From: Malacoraja senta
Taxonomy: Eukaryota
Direction: 5' to 3'
Assembly (NCBI GenBank): GCA_038087875.1
Contig: JAXLNO010000284.1
Span: 1-64,000 of the forward strand
DNA: 64,000 nt
This document shows, piece after piece, positions 1 to 13,700 of the stretch. The notes beneath the pieces are model-generated. The model was not told the DNA's origin and ran no database searches. It saw only the letters and a list, made by a program, of their open reading frames with translations. Position 1 is the first letter of the stretch, and each line of letters starts with the position of its first letter. Both the position numbers and the translations under genes were made by a program.

Positions 1-1027
1 AAATGCGGCAAGGGCGCCACATTTCCGGCAAGGTCGCCATAAATTCGGCGTTCGGCGCAAATCCGACAAGGTCGTCATAAATCCGGCAAGGTCGCCACAT
101 TTCCGGCAAGATCGCCATAAATCAGGCAAGGTCGCCACAATTCCGGCAATGTCGTCATAAATCCGGCAAGGTCGCCACAAATCCGGTAAGGTCGCCACAT
201 CCCCGTCAAGGTCGCCATAAATCCGGCAAGGTCGCCACGAATCCGTCAAGGTCGCCACATTTCAGGCAAGGTCGCCATAAATCCGGCAATGTCGCCGCAA
301 ATCCGGCAAGGTCGCCACAGTTCCGGCAAGGTCGCCATAAATCCGGCAAGGTCGCCAGAAATCCAGCAAGGTCGCCACAAATGCGGCAAGGTAGCCACAT
401 TTCCGGCAAGGTCGCCATAAATTCGGCGTTCGCCGCAAATCCGACAAGGTCGTCACAAATCCGGCAAGGTCGCCACATTTCCGGCAAGATAGCCATAAAT
501 CCGGCAAGGTCGCCACAAATCCGGCAAGGTCGCCACATTTCCGGCAAGGTCGCCATAAATTCGGCAAAGTCGCCACAAATCCGGCAGGGTCGCCACATTT
601 CCGGCAATGCCGCCATATTTCCGGCAAGGTCACCATAAATTCGGCAAGGTCGACACAAATGCGGCAAGGTCGCAATAAATCCGGCAAGGTCGCCATATTT
701 CCGGCAAGGTCGCCATAAATCCGGCGAGGTCGCCATATTTCCGGCGAGGTCGCCATAAATCCGGCAAGGTCGCCATAATTACGGCGAGGTCGCCATATAT
801 CCGGCAAAGTCGCCATAAATCCGGCAAGGTCGCCATAAATCTTCAAAGTCACCGTAACTACGGCAAGGTCGCCGTAGTTCCGGCACAGTCGCCATAAATC
901 TGGCTAGGACGCCATAAATCCGGCAAAGTCGCCACATCCCCGGCAAGGTCGCCATGAATCCGGCAAGGTCGCCACAAATCCGTCAAGGTCGCCACATTTC
1001 AGGCAACGTCTCCATAAATCCGGCAAG
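1..1027. repeat. 20-bp tandem satellite, segment 1 (continues beyond the window start)
   Basis: Head-to-tail monomers TCCGGCAAGGTCGCC followed by ATAAA/ACAAA/ACATT/ATATT; ends at GCAAG immediately before the LTR start TGTAG. Confidence 0.98.
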
Positions 1028-1231
1028 TGTAGATGATATATGCATGTGCCTTTAAAATAGTGACCTCATACCTACTAACCACTCCCCATATCACAAGTAT
1101 AACTACAACCTCCCCACCCACAGATCGCTCTCTAGTTCCTGTGACAGACCACGTACAGCTAGTGCAATATGTAATGCTCCAGTATGAATAAAGATAGTAA
1201 AGTAACGATGCCTCGTTATAGATTCTTTACA
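1028..1231 (+). repeat. 5' LTR of Gypsy copy 1 (204 bp)
   Basis: TG...CA termini, AATAAA at about 1187, matches 5527-5703. Confidence 0.95.
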
Positions 1232-1302
1232 TGGTGTCAAACCACTTACAGTGCGCCTCCTGTCTATCGGTTTATCATTTAATTTTGTCCCAGTTTTTTG
1301 TT

Positions 1303-4300
1303 AAGGCCACTTCTGCCCGTAAGCCTGATGTGCTCGTTTTCGATTTAGACATCGCCCTTCGATGGGACGTATTCAAACGTGACTTTGAACACTATGTCAC
1401 GATCGCTCATCCTGCCGCCACCGCTGATCTCAAAGCCTCTCTGCTTCTCAACTTGGCTGGTCCCGAGGCCCTGACTCGCTCTGACTTCTTCGTCTACGTT
1501 GATGGAGAATTAGCTCGGGACCCGGTATGTCTGGTGGCTAAGTTTAATGCTATTTGTGATATTCCAACAAACTGCATCTTAGAACGTTTTAAACTGTTCG
1601 CGCGGCGTCAGCTCCCTGGGGAATCTGCTGAGAACTATGTCTCTGCGCTGCGACACCTGGCCAGGCGCTGCCGCCTCCACACGTGGACACCCGATGAGAT
1701 TATCAGGGACCTTCTGGTTTACGGTCTCCGCGATGATAAGGTCAGGGCCGAACTTCTGCGCAAGCCCGATCTGACTTTCAACGATGCGATGCACGCCACC
1801 CGTTTATCTGAAGCTGTCACCTCGGCGGTGTCACCGGCTGAACAGGCGATTAACTTTGCCAGCACTTCCAGTCGTCTGATGAACACGCCCCGGTCGCGGC
1901 CCCCGGGGTAGCTCGCTGCTCAAGGGGGACGTGCCCCGGGGTTCGGTACTGCTCCCGGGGGAGGTGCCCGGCAAAGGTGCCCTAATTGCAACTTCACCAC
2001 TCATCAATACAATGTGTGCCCTGCCTTGGGTAAAACGTGCAATATCTGCAAGAAATTGAACCATTTCGCTGCGGCTTGTCGCTCCCGTGGGAAGCCTGTC
2101 GCTGCTCCGAGGGGAAATTTAAACAACCTTCTACAAACTGATAGTGAGCTCAGCTCCCAGTGCTATTTCGACGAACAGTCTGTTTCTGAATCCGACTCCT
2201 TTCAGGAGGAGAACAGCTTGTATACTGTGTTGGGCGCACCTGCTATGATAACGGACCCTTCTGTGCGAGTCACTGTGAACAACTCGACCTTCACTGCTAA
2301 GATTGACACGGGGGCAGTTGCGAACGTTATGTCAACATCTCTCTTCAAACAGATAAGGACATGAGCAGATTTTTTCTCAGAACTCAACCTTGCATGCCTA
2401 CGGGGGGGAGATTCTTACTCCTGTGGGCAAGGCCACGCTAAGCTGTAAGATACTAGAGACCTCTCGGCCCCTCATCTTCTATCTCCTCGATCAAAATTGC
2501 ATTCCCCTGCTGGGTATCCGGGCATGCCAGGAAATGGGCCTGGTATCCTTCCACCGTGACATCCACCAGGTGCAGGCCCTCATGGACCCGCTGGCCGATT
2601 ATCCCGACCGCTTTGATGATGAGCTAGGCAAACTACCCTGCAGCTACAAGATTGTAGTGGACCGTAAGGTCGACCCAGTGGTCAATGCACCTCACCGTGT
2701 CTCCTTCGCCATGAAGGCCAAAGTGCAGTCGACACTACACAGTATGGTACAAATGGGCATCCTAAAGGCGGTCATCGAGCCCACCAGGTGGGTCTCTTCC
2801 ATGGTTGTTGCTGCGAAAAAGGACAAGAGCGAGATACGCATCTGCATCAACCCCAAAGACCTCAACCTGGCCATTAGACGCCTGCACTACCTATGAGAAC
2901 GGTAGAAGAAGTCGCTGCACAGGTTGGTCCGGCAACGGTTTTTTCTGTCCTCGATGCAAAAAGCTCCTTCTGGCAGATACCACTGGACGAGCAGTCGTCC
3001 ATTTTGACAACTTTCGCCACCCCCTACGAAAGGTTTCGGTTTCTCCGAATGCCATTCGGAATCAACTCTGCCAGCGAGGTATTCCAACGGACAATGGAGC
3101 AACTGTTTTCAGGTCTACCATGCGCCATCATTGTTGACGACATCCTCGTTTACGGTAAGGACGTTGCCGAACACGATGTCAACCTCCGCCAGGTCCTGGA
3201 CCGGGCCCGGTAAATCAACTTGAAACTGAACCCCAAGAAGTGCCGATTCCGCGTCCCGGAGGTCACCTATGTTGGACATGTATTCACCGCCGAGGGGTTA
3301 AAACCAGACCCGCAAAAAACGGCTGCCATTTCAGGGATGCCTTCTCCTACTAATGTGGCAGGCCTACAACGCTTCCTGGGCATGGTAAACTACCTGGGAA
3401 AGTTCATCCCCGACCTCACCGAGCTCAGCGCTCCCCTGAGGGATTTGATAAAAAAAAAGGACACGTCCTGGGCTTGGTTCCCCCACCACCAGAAAGCATT
3501 CGACATTCTTAAGTCCAAGCTAATCAGCAACCCCACACTCACGTTTTTTGACCTGCAGCGTCCCATTGTCCTCACCTGCGACGCCTCTCAGTTCGGACTC
3601 GGTGCCGCCTGTCTCCAGGTCCATGACGGCCTACAGTTGCCTGTCTCCTTCGCATCCCGCACCATGACCGTCACCGAACAGCACAACGCGCAGATTGAGA
3701 AGGAGCTACTGGCCGTGGTGTTTGCCTGCTCCAAATTCAGAGACTACATCCTGGGCAACACTTTCACCATTGAAACTGACCACCAGCCATTTGTCACCAT
3801 CCTCAACAAGTCGATCCATGCCGCCTCATCACGCCTGCAGCGCATGATGCTGCAGCTCCAACGCTTCACGTTCACTGTGGTCTATCGTAAGGGCAAGGAC
3901 ATGTTCGTGGCCGACACGTTGTCTCGCGCCCCGCTACCGTCCACCGTTCGCCACCCATATGAGATGTCTGATCTAATGGTGCTCCAAATGAACATCGTCC
4001 CTTCACAGCAGATGAAGTCACTGGTTGAACACACTACCAATGACCCTGCCCTGCAACAGCTGTCTGCCGTCATCCAGCGGGGCTGGCCCGACCGTCGTTC
4101 CGCAATGCCGGCTGGCGCCCTGCCCTACTTCCTGGTCCGTGACGAGCTCGTACTACACGACGGCGTGGTGGTGAAGGGTCACAAGGTGGTCGTGCCCGCG
4201 GCGCTGCATGACCACTACTTTCAAGTCGCTCACCGCGGTCATCCTGGGGCCGAAGCCACCGTGTCTCTCGCCCGGAGCCAGTTCTATTACGGTATGGCCA

Positions 4301-5457
4301 AATACATCCGGAAGAGGGTCTCCTCGTGTTCCACCTGCAACAGCCTCGCCCCCCACCAGCAGCGTCAGCCGATTCTGCTGCAGCCCGCGCCCGAACTGCC
4401 CTGGATGGCGCTTCCCGCCGACATTTTCGAGTGGCGAGGCAAACACTTCCTGGTTCTCGTTGACTCCTACTCCAGCTGGTTTGTGGTCGACCGGCTGCAC
4501 TCCCTAACCTCTTCGGCCATCATCGACAGGTTATACCCTCATTTTGGCACTTTTGGTCCCCCGGCAAGCCTGCAGTCGGACAATGGCAGCCAGTTCACGA
4601 GCTCCGAGTTTAAAGCTTTCGCTTCCAGGTGGAACTTCCACCATTTCACCAGCAGCCCGGAGTACCCGCAAAGCAACGGTCTGGCCGAGCGCGCCGTCCG
4701 CAGTGCGAAGAACCTGCTGGAACAATGTGGTGGCATTAACTCCGATTTCTATCTGGCCCTCCTCAACCTCCGCAACATTTCCCGCGATTCTGCCATGGGT
4801 TCCCCTGCTCAGCGGCTCATGTCTCGCGCTACCAGACTCCCGCTCCCTGTGGCCCAGCGCTCCCACATAACCTCCGTCCTCCCGCCTGCGGCGGTTCAGA
4901 AACGCATTGCCTTCAGGCACGATGTCCAAAAGCGTTCCCATGACAGGTCCTGCCACGCGCTGCCACGCCTCTTCCCCGGTCAAGCTGTCCGTATGCAGAC
5001 CAATTCCGATCATTCCAAGCTCGCTACTGTCGGCGGCTCAGCGGGGTCGCCCAGGTCCTATCTCGTCGACCATGCGGGAGCCATTTACCGACGGTCCCGC
5101 CAGCACCTTCGGCTCGTCAACGATCCGCGTCCTCCTGCCGCGGATCCCTTTGCTCCCCCACTGCCGGCTTCGCGTCCGGGCGTTGATCTGCCCGTCCTTC
5201 CTAGCATGCAACGTTCTACACCTCCTCAACTCCTTCCGTCCCACCCTACTCCGGCTAGTCCTCGCTCGCCTGCTCCTGCTCCCGCGTCACCTCCGGGTTT
5301 GGTGCCGCGGTCTCCTCCGTCTCCTCCCGTTTCCCCCTTTCAGGTTCGTCTGCCCCCATCTGTGCCTCTTCCTCCTGCGGGAAGGGAGGATGGCGAGACG
5401 CGAACCCGGTCGGGACGTCTTGTCAAACCGCCTGTCCGCTATGGCGATTTTGTTTAA
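1303..5457 (+). pseudogene. Disrupted gag-pol of Gypsy copy 1
   Basis: Gag with zinc knuckles (CPNC..H..C; CNICKKLNHFAAAC), protease KIDTGA, RT IIVDD, RNase H CDAS..IEKELLA, integrase H..H..CSTC, SDNGSQF and NGLAERAV. Stops at 1909 and 3211; stop or frameshift at about 2362-2390; frameshift at about 2893. Confidence 0.93.
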
Positions 5458-5526
5458 CTGTCCTAGCGCATGAGCCGTGGTCGCCCTGTCACCATTGTAT
5501 TTGCCTGTCGTTTCGATGGGGAAGGC

Positions 5527-5703
5527 TGTAGATGACCTCATACCTACTAACCACTCCCCATATCACAAGTATAACTACAACCTCCCCACCCACAGATCGC
5601 TCTCTAGTTCCTGTGACAGACCACGTACAGCTAGTGCAATAGGTAATGCTCCAGTATGAATAAAGATAGTAAAGTAACGATGCCTCGTTATAGATTCTTT
5701 ACA
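5527..5703 (+). repeat. 3' LTR of Gypsy copy 1 (177 bp; 27-bp deletion relative to the 5' LTR)
   Basis: Matches 1028-1231 except for loss of TATATGCATGTGCCTTTAAAATAGTGA and one substitution. Confidence 0.95.
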
Positions 5704-8700
5704 GCAAGGTCGACACAAATGCGGCAAGGTAGCAATAAATCCGGCAAGGTCGCCATATTTCCGGCACGGTCGCCATAAATCCGGCGAGGTCGCCATATTT
5801 CCGGCGAGGTCGCCATAAATCCGGCAAGGTCGCCAGAAATCTGCAAAGTCACCATAACTCCGGCAAGTTCGCCGTATTTCCAGCACGGTCCCCATAAATC
5901 CGGCTGGGGCGCCATAAATCCAGCAAGGTCGCCACATCGCCGGCAAGGTCGCCATGAATCCGGCAAGGTCGCCACAAATCCGTCAAGGTCCCCACATTTC
6001 AGGCAAGGTCGCTATAAATCCGGCAAGGTCGCCCCATATCCGGCAAGGTCGCCACATTTACGGCAATGTCGCCATTAATCCGGGAATGTCGCCATAAATC
6101 CGGCAAGGTCGCCACATTTCGGGCAAGACCGCCATAAATCCGGCAAGGTCGCCACAAATCCGGCAAGGTCGCCACATTTCCGGCAAGGTCGCCATAAATC
6201 CGGCAAGGTCGCCACAAATCCAGCAGGGTCGCCACAAATGCGGCAAGGTCGCCACATTTCCGGCAAGGTCGCCACATTCGCGGCAAGGTCGCCATAAATC
6301 CGGCAAGGTCGCCACAAATAAGGCAAGGTCGCTACAATTCCGGCAAGGTGGCCATAAATCCGGCAAGGACGCCACAAATCCGGCAAGGTCGCCACATCCC
6401 CGGCAAGGTCGCCATTAATCCGGGAATGTCGCCATAAATCCGGCAAGGTCACCACATTTCCGGCAAGGTCGCCATGAATCTGGGAAGGTCGCCACAAATC
6501 CGGCAGGGTCGCCACATTTCCTGCAACGTCGCCATATTTCCGGCAAGGTCACGATAAATCCGGCAAGCTCGACACAAATGCGGCAAGGTCGCAATAAACC
6601 CGGCAAGGTCTCCGTATTACCGGCAAGGTCGCCATAAATCCGGCGAGGTCGACACAAATGCGGCAAGGTCGCAATAAATCCGGCTAGGTCGCCATATTTC
6701 CGACAAGGTCGCCATAAATCCGGCGAGGTCGCCATATTTCCGGCCAGGTCGCCATAAATCCGGCAAGGTCGGCGTAATTCCGGCGAGGTCGCCATATATC
6801 CGGCAAAGTCGCCATAAATCCGGCAAGGTCGCCATAAATCTGCAAAGTCACCATAACTCCGGCAAGGTCGCCGTATTTCCGGCACGGTCGCCATAAATCC
6901 GGCTAGGACGCCATAAATCCGGCAAGGTCGCCACAACCCCGGCAAGGTCGCCATGAATCCGGCAAGGTCGCCACAAATCCGTCAAGGTCGCCACATTTCA
7001 GGCAAGGTCGCCATATATCCGGAAAGGTCGCCACAAATCCGGCAATGTCGCCACATTTCCGGCAAGGTCGCCATTAATCCGGGAATGGCGCCATAAATCC
7101 GGCAAGGTCGCCACATTCCGGGCAAGATCGCCATAAATCCGGCAAGGTAGCCACAAATCCGGCAAGGACGCCACATTTCCGGCAAGGTCGCCATAAATCC
7201 GGCAAGGTCGCCACGAATCCAGCAGGGTCGCCACAAATGCGGCAAGGTCGCCACATTTCCGGCAAGGTCGCCACATTTCCGGCAAGGTCGCCATTAATCC
7301 GGGAATGTCGCCATAAATCCGGCAAGGTCGCCACATTCCCGGCAAGGTCGCCATAAATCCGGCAAGATCGCCAGAAATCCGGCAACGTCGCCACATTTCC
7401 GGCAAGGTCGCCATAAATCCGGCAAGGTCGCCACAAATCCGGCAAGGTCGCCACATTTCCGACAATGTCGCCATATTTCCGGCAAGGTCACCATAAATCC
7501 GGCAAGGTCGCCACATTTCCGGCAAGGTCGCCATATTTCCCGCAAGGTCACCATAAATCCAGCAAGGTCGCCACAAATGCGGCAAGGTCGCCATATTTCC
7601 GGCAAGGTCGCCATTAATCCGGCAAGGTCGCCACAAATCCGGCAAGGTCGCCACAAATCCGGCAAGGTTGCCATATTTCCGGCTATGTCGCCATAAATCC
7701 GGCAAGGTCGCCACAAATCCGGCAAGGTCGTAATATTTCCGGCAAGGTCGCCATAAATCCGACAAGGTCGCCAGAAATCCGGCAAGGTCGCCATATTGCC
7801 GGCAAGGTCGCCATAAATCCGGCTAGGTCGCCACATTTCCGGGAAGGTAACCATAAATACGGCAAGGTCGCCAGAAATCCAGCAAGGTCGCAACAAATGC
7901 GGCAAGGCCGCCACATTTCCGGCAAGGTCGCCATAAATTCGGCGTTAGCCGCAAATCCGACAAGGTCGTCATAAATCCGGCAAGGTCGCCACATTTCCGG
8001 CAAGATCGCCATAAATCCGGCAAGGTCGCCACAAATCCGGCAAGGTCGCCACATTTCCGGCAAGGTCGCCATAAATCCGGCGAGGTCGCCATATTTCCGG
8101 CCAGGTCGCCATAAATCCGGCAAGGTCGGCGTAATTCCGGCGAGGTCGCCATATATCCGGCAAAGTCGCCATAAATCCGGCAAGGTCGCCATAAATCTGC
8201 AAAGTCACCATAACTCCGGCAAGGTCGCCGTATTTCCGGCACGGTCGCCATAAATCCGGCTAGGACGCCATTAATCCGGCAAAGTCGCCACAACACCGGC
8301 AAGGTCGCCATGAATCCGGCAAGGCCGCCACAAATCCGTCAAGGTCGCCACATTTCAGGCAAGGTCGCCATATATCCGGCAAGGTCGCCACAAATCCGGC
8401 AATGTCGCCACATTTCCGGCAAGGTCGCCATTAATCCGGGAATGGCACCATAAATCCGGCAAGGTCGCCACATTCCGGGCAAGATCGCCATAAATCCGGC
8501 AAGGTATCCACAAATCCGGCAAGGTCGCCACATTTCCGGCAAGGTCGCCATAAATCCGGCTAGGTCGCCACAAATCTAGCAAGGTCACCATAAATCCGGC
8601 AAGGTCGCCACATTTCCGGCAAGGTCGCCATATTTCCCGCAAGGTCACCATAAACCCAGCAAGGTCGCCACAAATGCGGCAAGGTCGCCATATTTCCGGC

Positions 8701-10714
8701 AAGGTCGCCATTAATCCGGCAAGGTCGCCACAAATCCGGCAAGGTCGCCACAAATCCGGCAAGGTTGCCATATTTCCGGCTATGTCGCCATAAATCCGGC
8801 AAGGTCGCCACAAACCCGGCAAGGTCGTAATATTTCCGGCAAGGTCGCCATAAATCCGACAAGGTCGCCCCAAATCCGGCAAGGTCGCCATATTGCCGGC
8901 AAGGTCGCCATAAATCCGGCAAGGTCGCCACATTTCCGGGAAGGTCACCATAAATACGGCAAGGTCGCCAGAAATCCAGCAAGGTCGCAACAAATGCGGC
9001 AAGGCCGCCACATTTCCGGCAAGGTCGCCATAAATTCGGCGTTAGCCGCAAATCCGACAAGGTCGTCATAAATCCGGCAAGGTCGCCACATTTCCGGCAA
9101 GATCGCCATAAATCCGGCAAGGTCGCCACAAATCCGGCAAGGTCGCCACATTTCCGGCAAGGTCGCCATAAATCCGGCAAGGTCGGCGTAATTCCGGCGA
9201 GGTCGCCATATATCCGGCAAAGTCGCCATAAATCCGGCAAGGTCGCCATAAATCTGCAAAGTCACCATAACTCCGGCAAGGTCGCCGTATTTCCGGCACG
9301 GTCGCCATAAATCCGGCTAGGACGCCATAAATCCGGCAAGGTCGCCACAACCCCGGCAAGGTCGCCATGAATCCGGCAAGGTCGCCACAAATCCGTCAAG
9401 GTCGCCACATTTCAGGCAAGGTCGCCATATATCCGGCAAGGTCGCCATAAACCCGGCAAGGTGGCCATATTTCCGGCAAGATCGCCATAAATCCGGCGAG
9501 GTCGCCATATTTCCGGCGAGTTCGCCATAAATCCGGCAAGGTCGCTATAATTCCGGCGAGGTCGCCATATTTCCGGTAAAGTCGCCATAAATCCGGAAGG
9601 TCGCCATAAATCCGGCAAGGTCGTCACATTCCCGGCTAGGTCGTCATAAATCCGGCAACGTCGCCACAAATCCGGCAAGGTCGTCACATTTCCGGCAAGG
9701 TCGCCATAAATCCGGCAAGGTCGCCACAAATCCAGCAAGTTCGCCACAAATGCGGCAAGGGCGCCACATTTCCGGCAAGGTCGCCATAAATTCGGCGTTC
9801 GCCGCAAATCCGACAAGGTCGTCATAAATCCGGCAAGGTCGCCACATTTCCGGCAAGATCGCCATAAATCAGGCAAGGTCGCCACAATTCCGGCAATGTC
9901 GTCATAAATCCGGCAAGGTCGCCACAAATCCGGTAAGGTCGCCACATCCCCGTCAAGGTCGCCATAAATCCGGCAAGGTCGCCACGAATCCGTCAAGGTC
10001 GCCACATTTCAGGCAAGGTCGCCATAAATCCGGCAATGTCGCCGCAAATCCGGCAAGGTCGCCACAGTTCCGGCAAGGTCGCCATAAATCCGGCAAGGTC
10101 GCCAGAAATCCAGCAAGGTCGCCACAAATGCGGCAAGGTAGCCACATTTCCGGCAAGGTCGCCATAAATTCGGCGTTCGCCGCAAATCCGACAAGGTCGT
10201 CACAAATCCGGCAAGGTCGCCACATTTCCGGCAAGATAGCCATAAATCCGGCAAGGTCGCCACAAATCCGGCAAGGTCGCCACATTTCCGGCAAGGTCGC
10301 CATAAATTCGGCAAAGTCGCCACAAATCCGGCAGGGTCGCCACATTTCCGGCAATGCCGCCATATTTCCGGCAAGGTCACCATAAATTCGGCAAGGTCGA
10401 CACAAATGCGGCAAGGTCGCAATAAATCCGGCAAGGTCGCCATATTTCCGGCAAGGTCGCCATAAATCCGGCGAGGTCGCCATATTTCCGGCGAGGTCGC
10501 CATAAATCCGGCAAGGTCGCCATAAATCTTCAAAGTCACCGTAACTACGGCAAGGTCGCCGTAGTTCCGGCACAGTCGCCATAAATCTGGCTAGGACGCC
10601 ATAAATCCGGCAAAGTCGCCACATCCCCGGCAAGGTCGCCATGAATCCGGCAAGGTCGCCACAAATCCGTCAAGATCGCCACATTTCAGGCAACGTCTCC
10701 ATAAATCCGGCAAG
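5704..10714. repeat. 20-bp tandem satellite, segment 2
   Basis: About 250 monomers, with occasional 18- and 19-bp variant monomers. Confidence 0.98.
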
Positions 10715-13700
10715 TGTAGATGATATATGCATGTGCCTTTAACATAGTGACCTCATACCTACTAACCACTCCCCATATCACAAGTATAACTACAACCTCC
10801 CCACCCACAGATCGCTCTCTAGTTCCTGTGACAGACCACGTACAGCTAGTGCAATATATAATGCTCCAGTATGAATAAAGATAGTAAAGTAACGATGCCT
10901 CGTTATAGATTCTTTACATGGTGTCAAACCACTTACATTGCGCCTCCTGTCTATCGGTTTATCATTTAATTTTGTCCCAGTTTTTTGTTAAGGCCACTTC
11001 TGCCCGTAAGCCTGATGTGCTCGTTTTCGATTTAGACATCGCCCTTCGATGGGACGTATTCAAACGTGACTTTGAACACTATGTCACGATCGCTCATCCT
11101 GCCGCCACCGCTGATCTCAAAGCCTCTCTGCTTCTCAACTTGGCTGGTCCCGAGGCCCTGACTCGCTCTGACTTCTTCGTCTACGTTGATGGAGAATTAG
11201 CTCGGGACCCGGTATGTCTGGTGGCTAAGTTTAATGCTATTTGTGATATTCCAACAAACTGCATCTTAGAACGTTTTAAACTGTTCGCGCGGCGTCAGCT
11301 CCCTGGGGAATCTGCTGAGAACTATGTCTCTGCGCTGCGACACCTGGCCAGGCGCTGCCGCCTCCACACGTGGACACCCGATGAGATTATCAGGGACCTT
11401 CTGGTTTACGGTCTCCGCGATGATAAGGTCAGGGCCGAACTTCTGCGCAAGCCCGATCTGACTTTCAACGATGCGATGCACGCCACCCGTTTATCTGAAG
11501 CTGTCACCTCGGCGGTGTCACCGGCTGAACAGGCGATTAACTTTGCCAGCACTTCCAGTCGTCTGATGAACACGCCCCGGTCGCGGCCCCCGGGGTAGCT
11601 CGCTGCTCAAGGGGGACGTGCCCCGGGGTTCGGTACTGCTCCCGGGGGAGGTGCCCGGCAAAGGTGCCCTAATTGCAACTTCACCACTCATCAATACAAT
11701 GTGTGCCCTGCCTTGGGTAAAACGTGCAATATCTGCAAGAAATTGAACCATTTCGCTGCGGCTTGTCGCTCCCGTGGGAAGCCTGTCGCTGCTCCGAGGG
11801 GAAATTTAAACAACCTTCTACAAACTGATAGTGAGCTCAGCTCCCAGTGCTATTTCGACGAACAGTCTGTTTCTGAATCCGACTCCTTTCAGGAGGAGAA
11901 CAGCTTGTATACTGTGTTGGGCGCACCTGCTATGATAACGGACCCTTCTGTGCGAGTCACTGTGAACAACTCGACCTTCACTGCTAAGATTGACACGGGG
12001 GCAGTTGCGAACGTTATGTCAACATTTCTCTTCAAACAGATAAGGACATGAGCAGATTTTTTCTCAGAACTCAACCTTGCATGCCTACGGGGGGAGATTC
12101 TTACTCCTGTGGGCAAGGCCACGCTAAGCTGTAAGATACTAGAGACCTCTCGGCCCCTCACCTTCTATCTCCTCGATCAAAATTGCATTCCCCTGCTGGG
12201 TATCCGGGCATGCCAGGAAATGGGCCTGGTATCCTTCCACCGTGACATCCACCAGGTGCAGGCCCTCATGGACCCGCTGGCCGATTATCCCGACCGCTTT
12301 GATGATGAGCTAGGCAAACTACCCTGCAGCTACAAGATTGTAGTGGACCGTAAGGTCGACCCAGTGGTCAATGCACCTCACCGTGTCTCCTTCGCCATGA
12401 AGGCCAAAGTGCAGTCGACACTACACAGTATGGTACAAATGGGCATCCTAAAGGCGGTCATCGAGCCCACCAGGTGGGTCTCTTCCATGGTTGTTGCTGC
12501 GAAAAAGGACAAGAGCGAGATACGCATCTGCATCAACCCCAAAGACCTCAACCTGGCCATTAGACGCCTGCACTACCTATGAGAACGGTAGAAGAAGTCG
12601 CTGCACAGGTTGGTCCGGCAACGGTTTTTTCTGTCCTCGATGCAAAAAGCTCCTTCTGGCAGATACCACTGGACGAGCAGTCGTCCATTTTGACAACTTT
12701 CGCCACCCCCTACGAAAGGTTTCGGTTTCTCCGAATGCCATTCGGAATCAACTCTGCCAGCGAGGTATTCCAACGGACAATGGAGCAACTGTTTTCAGGT
12801 CTACCATGCGCCATCATTGTTGACGACATCCTCGTTTACGGTAAGGACGTTGCCGAACACGATGTCAACCTCCGCCAAGTCCTGGACCGGGCCCGGTAAA
12901 TCAACTTGAAACTGAACCCCAAGAAGTGCCGATTCCGCGTCCCGGAGGTCACCTATGTTGGACATGTATTCACCGCCGAGGGGTTAAAACCAGACCCGCA
13001 AAAAACGGCTGCCATTTCAGGGATGCCTTCTCCTACTAATGTGGCAGGCCTACAACGCTTCCTGGGCATGGTAAACTACCTGGGAAAGTTCATCCCCGAC
13101 CTCACCGAGCTCAGCGCTCCCCTGAGGGATTTGATAAAAAAAAAAGGACACGTCCTGGGCTTGGTTCCCCCACCACCAGAAAGCATTCGACATTCTTAAG
13201 TCCAAGCTAATCAGCAACCCCACACTCACGTTTTTTGACCTGCAGCGTTCCATTGTCCTCACCTGCGACGCCTCTCAGTTCGGACTCGGTGCCGCCTGTC
13301 TCCAGGTCCATGACGGCCTACAGTTGCCTGTCTCCTTCGCATCCCGCACCATGACCGTCACCGAACAGCACAACGCGCAGATTGAGAAGGAGCTACTGGC
13401 CGTGGTGTTTGCCTGCTCCAAATTCAGAGACTACATCCTGGGCAACACTTTCACCATTGAAACTGACCACCAGCCATTTGTCACCATCCTCAACAAGTCG
13501 ATCCATGCCGCCTCATCACGCCTGCAGCGCATGATGCTGCAGCTCCAACGCTTCACGTTCACTGTGGTCTATCGTAAGGGCAAGGACATGTTCGTGGCCG
13601 ACACGTTGTCTCGCGCCCCGCTACCGTCCACCGTTCGCCACCCATATGAGATGTCTGATCTAATGGTGCTCCAAATGAACATCGTCCCTTCACAGCAGAT

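Larger units (their letters stand above)
1028..5703 (+). mobile_element. Ty3/Gypsy LTR retrotransposon (Mag-like), copy 1, defective
   Basis: LTRs TGTA...TACA at 1028-1231 and 5527-5703; TGGTGTCA PBS-like motif at 1232; purine tract GGGGAAGG before the 3' LTR; 5-bp TSD GCAAG (1023-1027 and 5704-5708); domain order gag-PR-RT-RH-IN. Confidence 0.97.

Noticed and set aside
1909..1911. TAG as a programmed gag-pol readthrough codon
   Set aside because: It lies before the Gag zinc knuckles and several other lesions follow; a CAG>TAG mutation is simpler.
5704..10714. CAAGGTCG resembling an NR5A/ERR nuclear-receptor half-site in every monomer
   Set aside because: Imperfect short match with no supporting evidence in the sequence.
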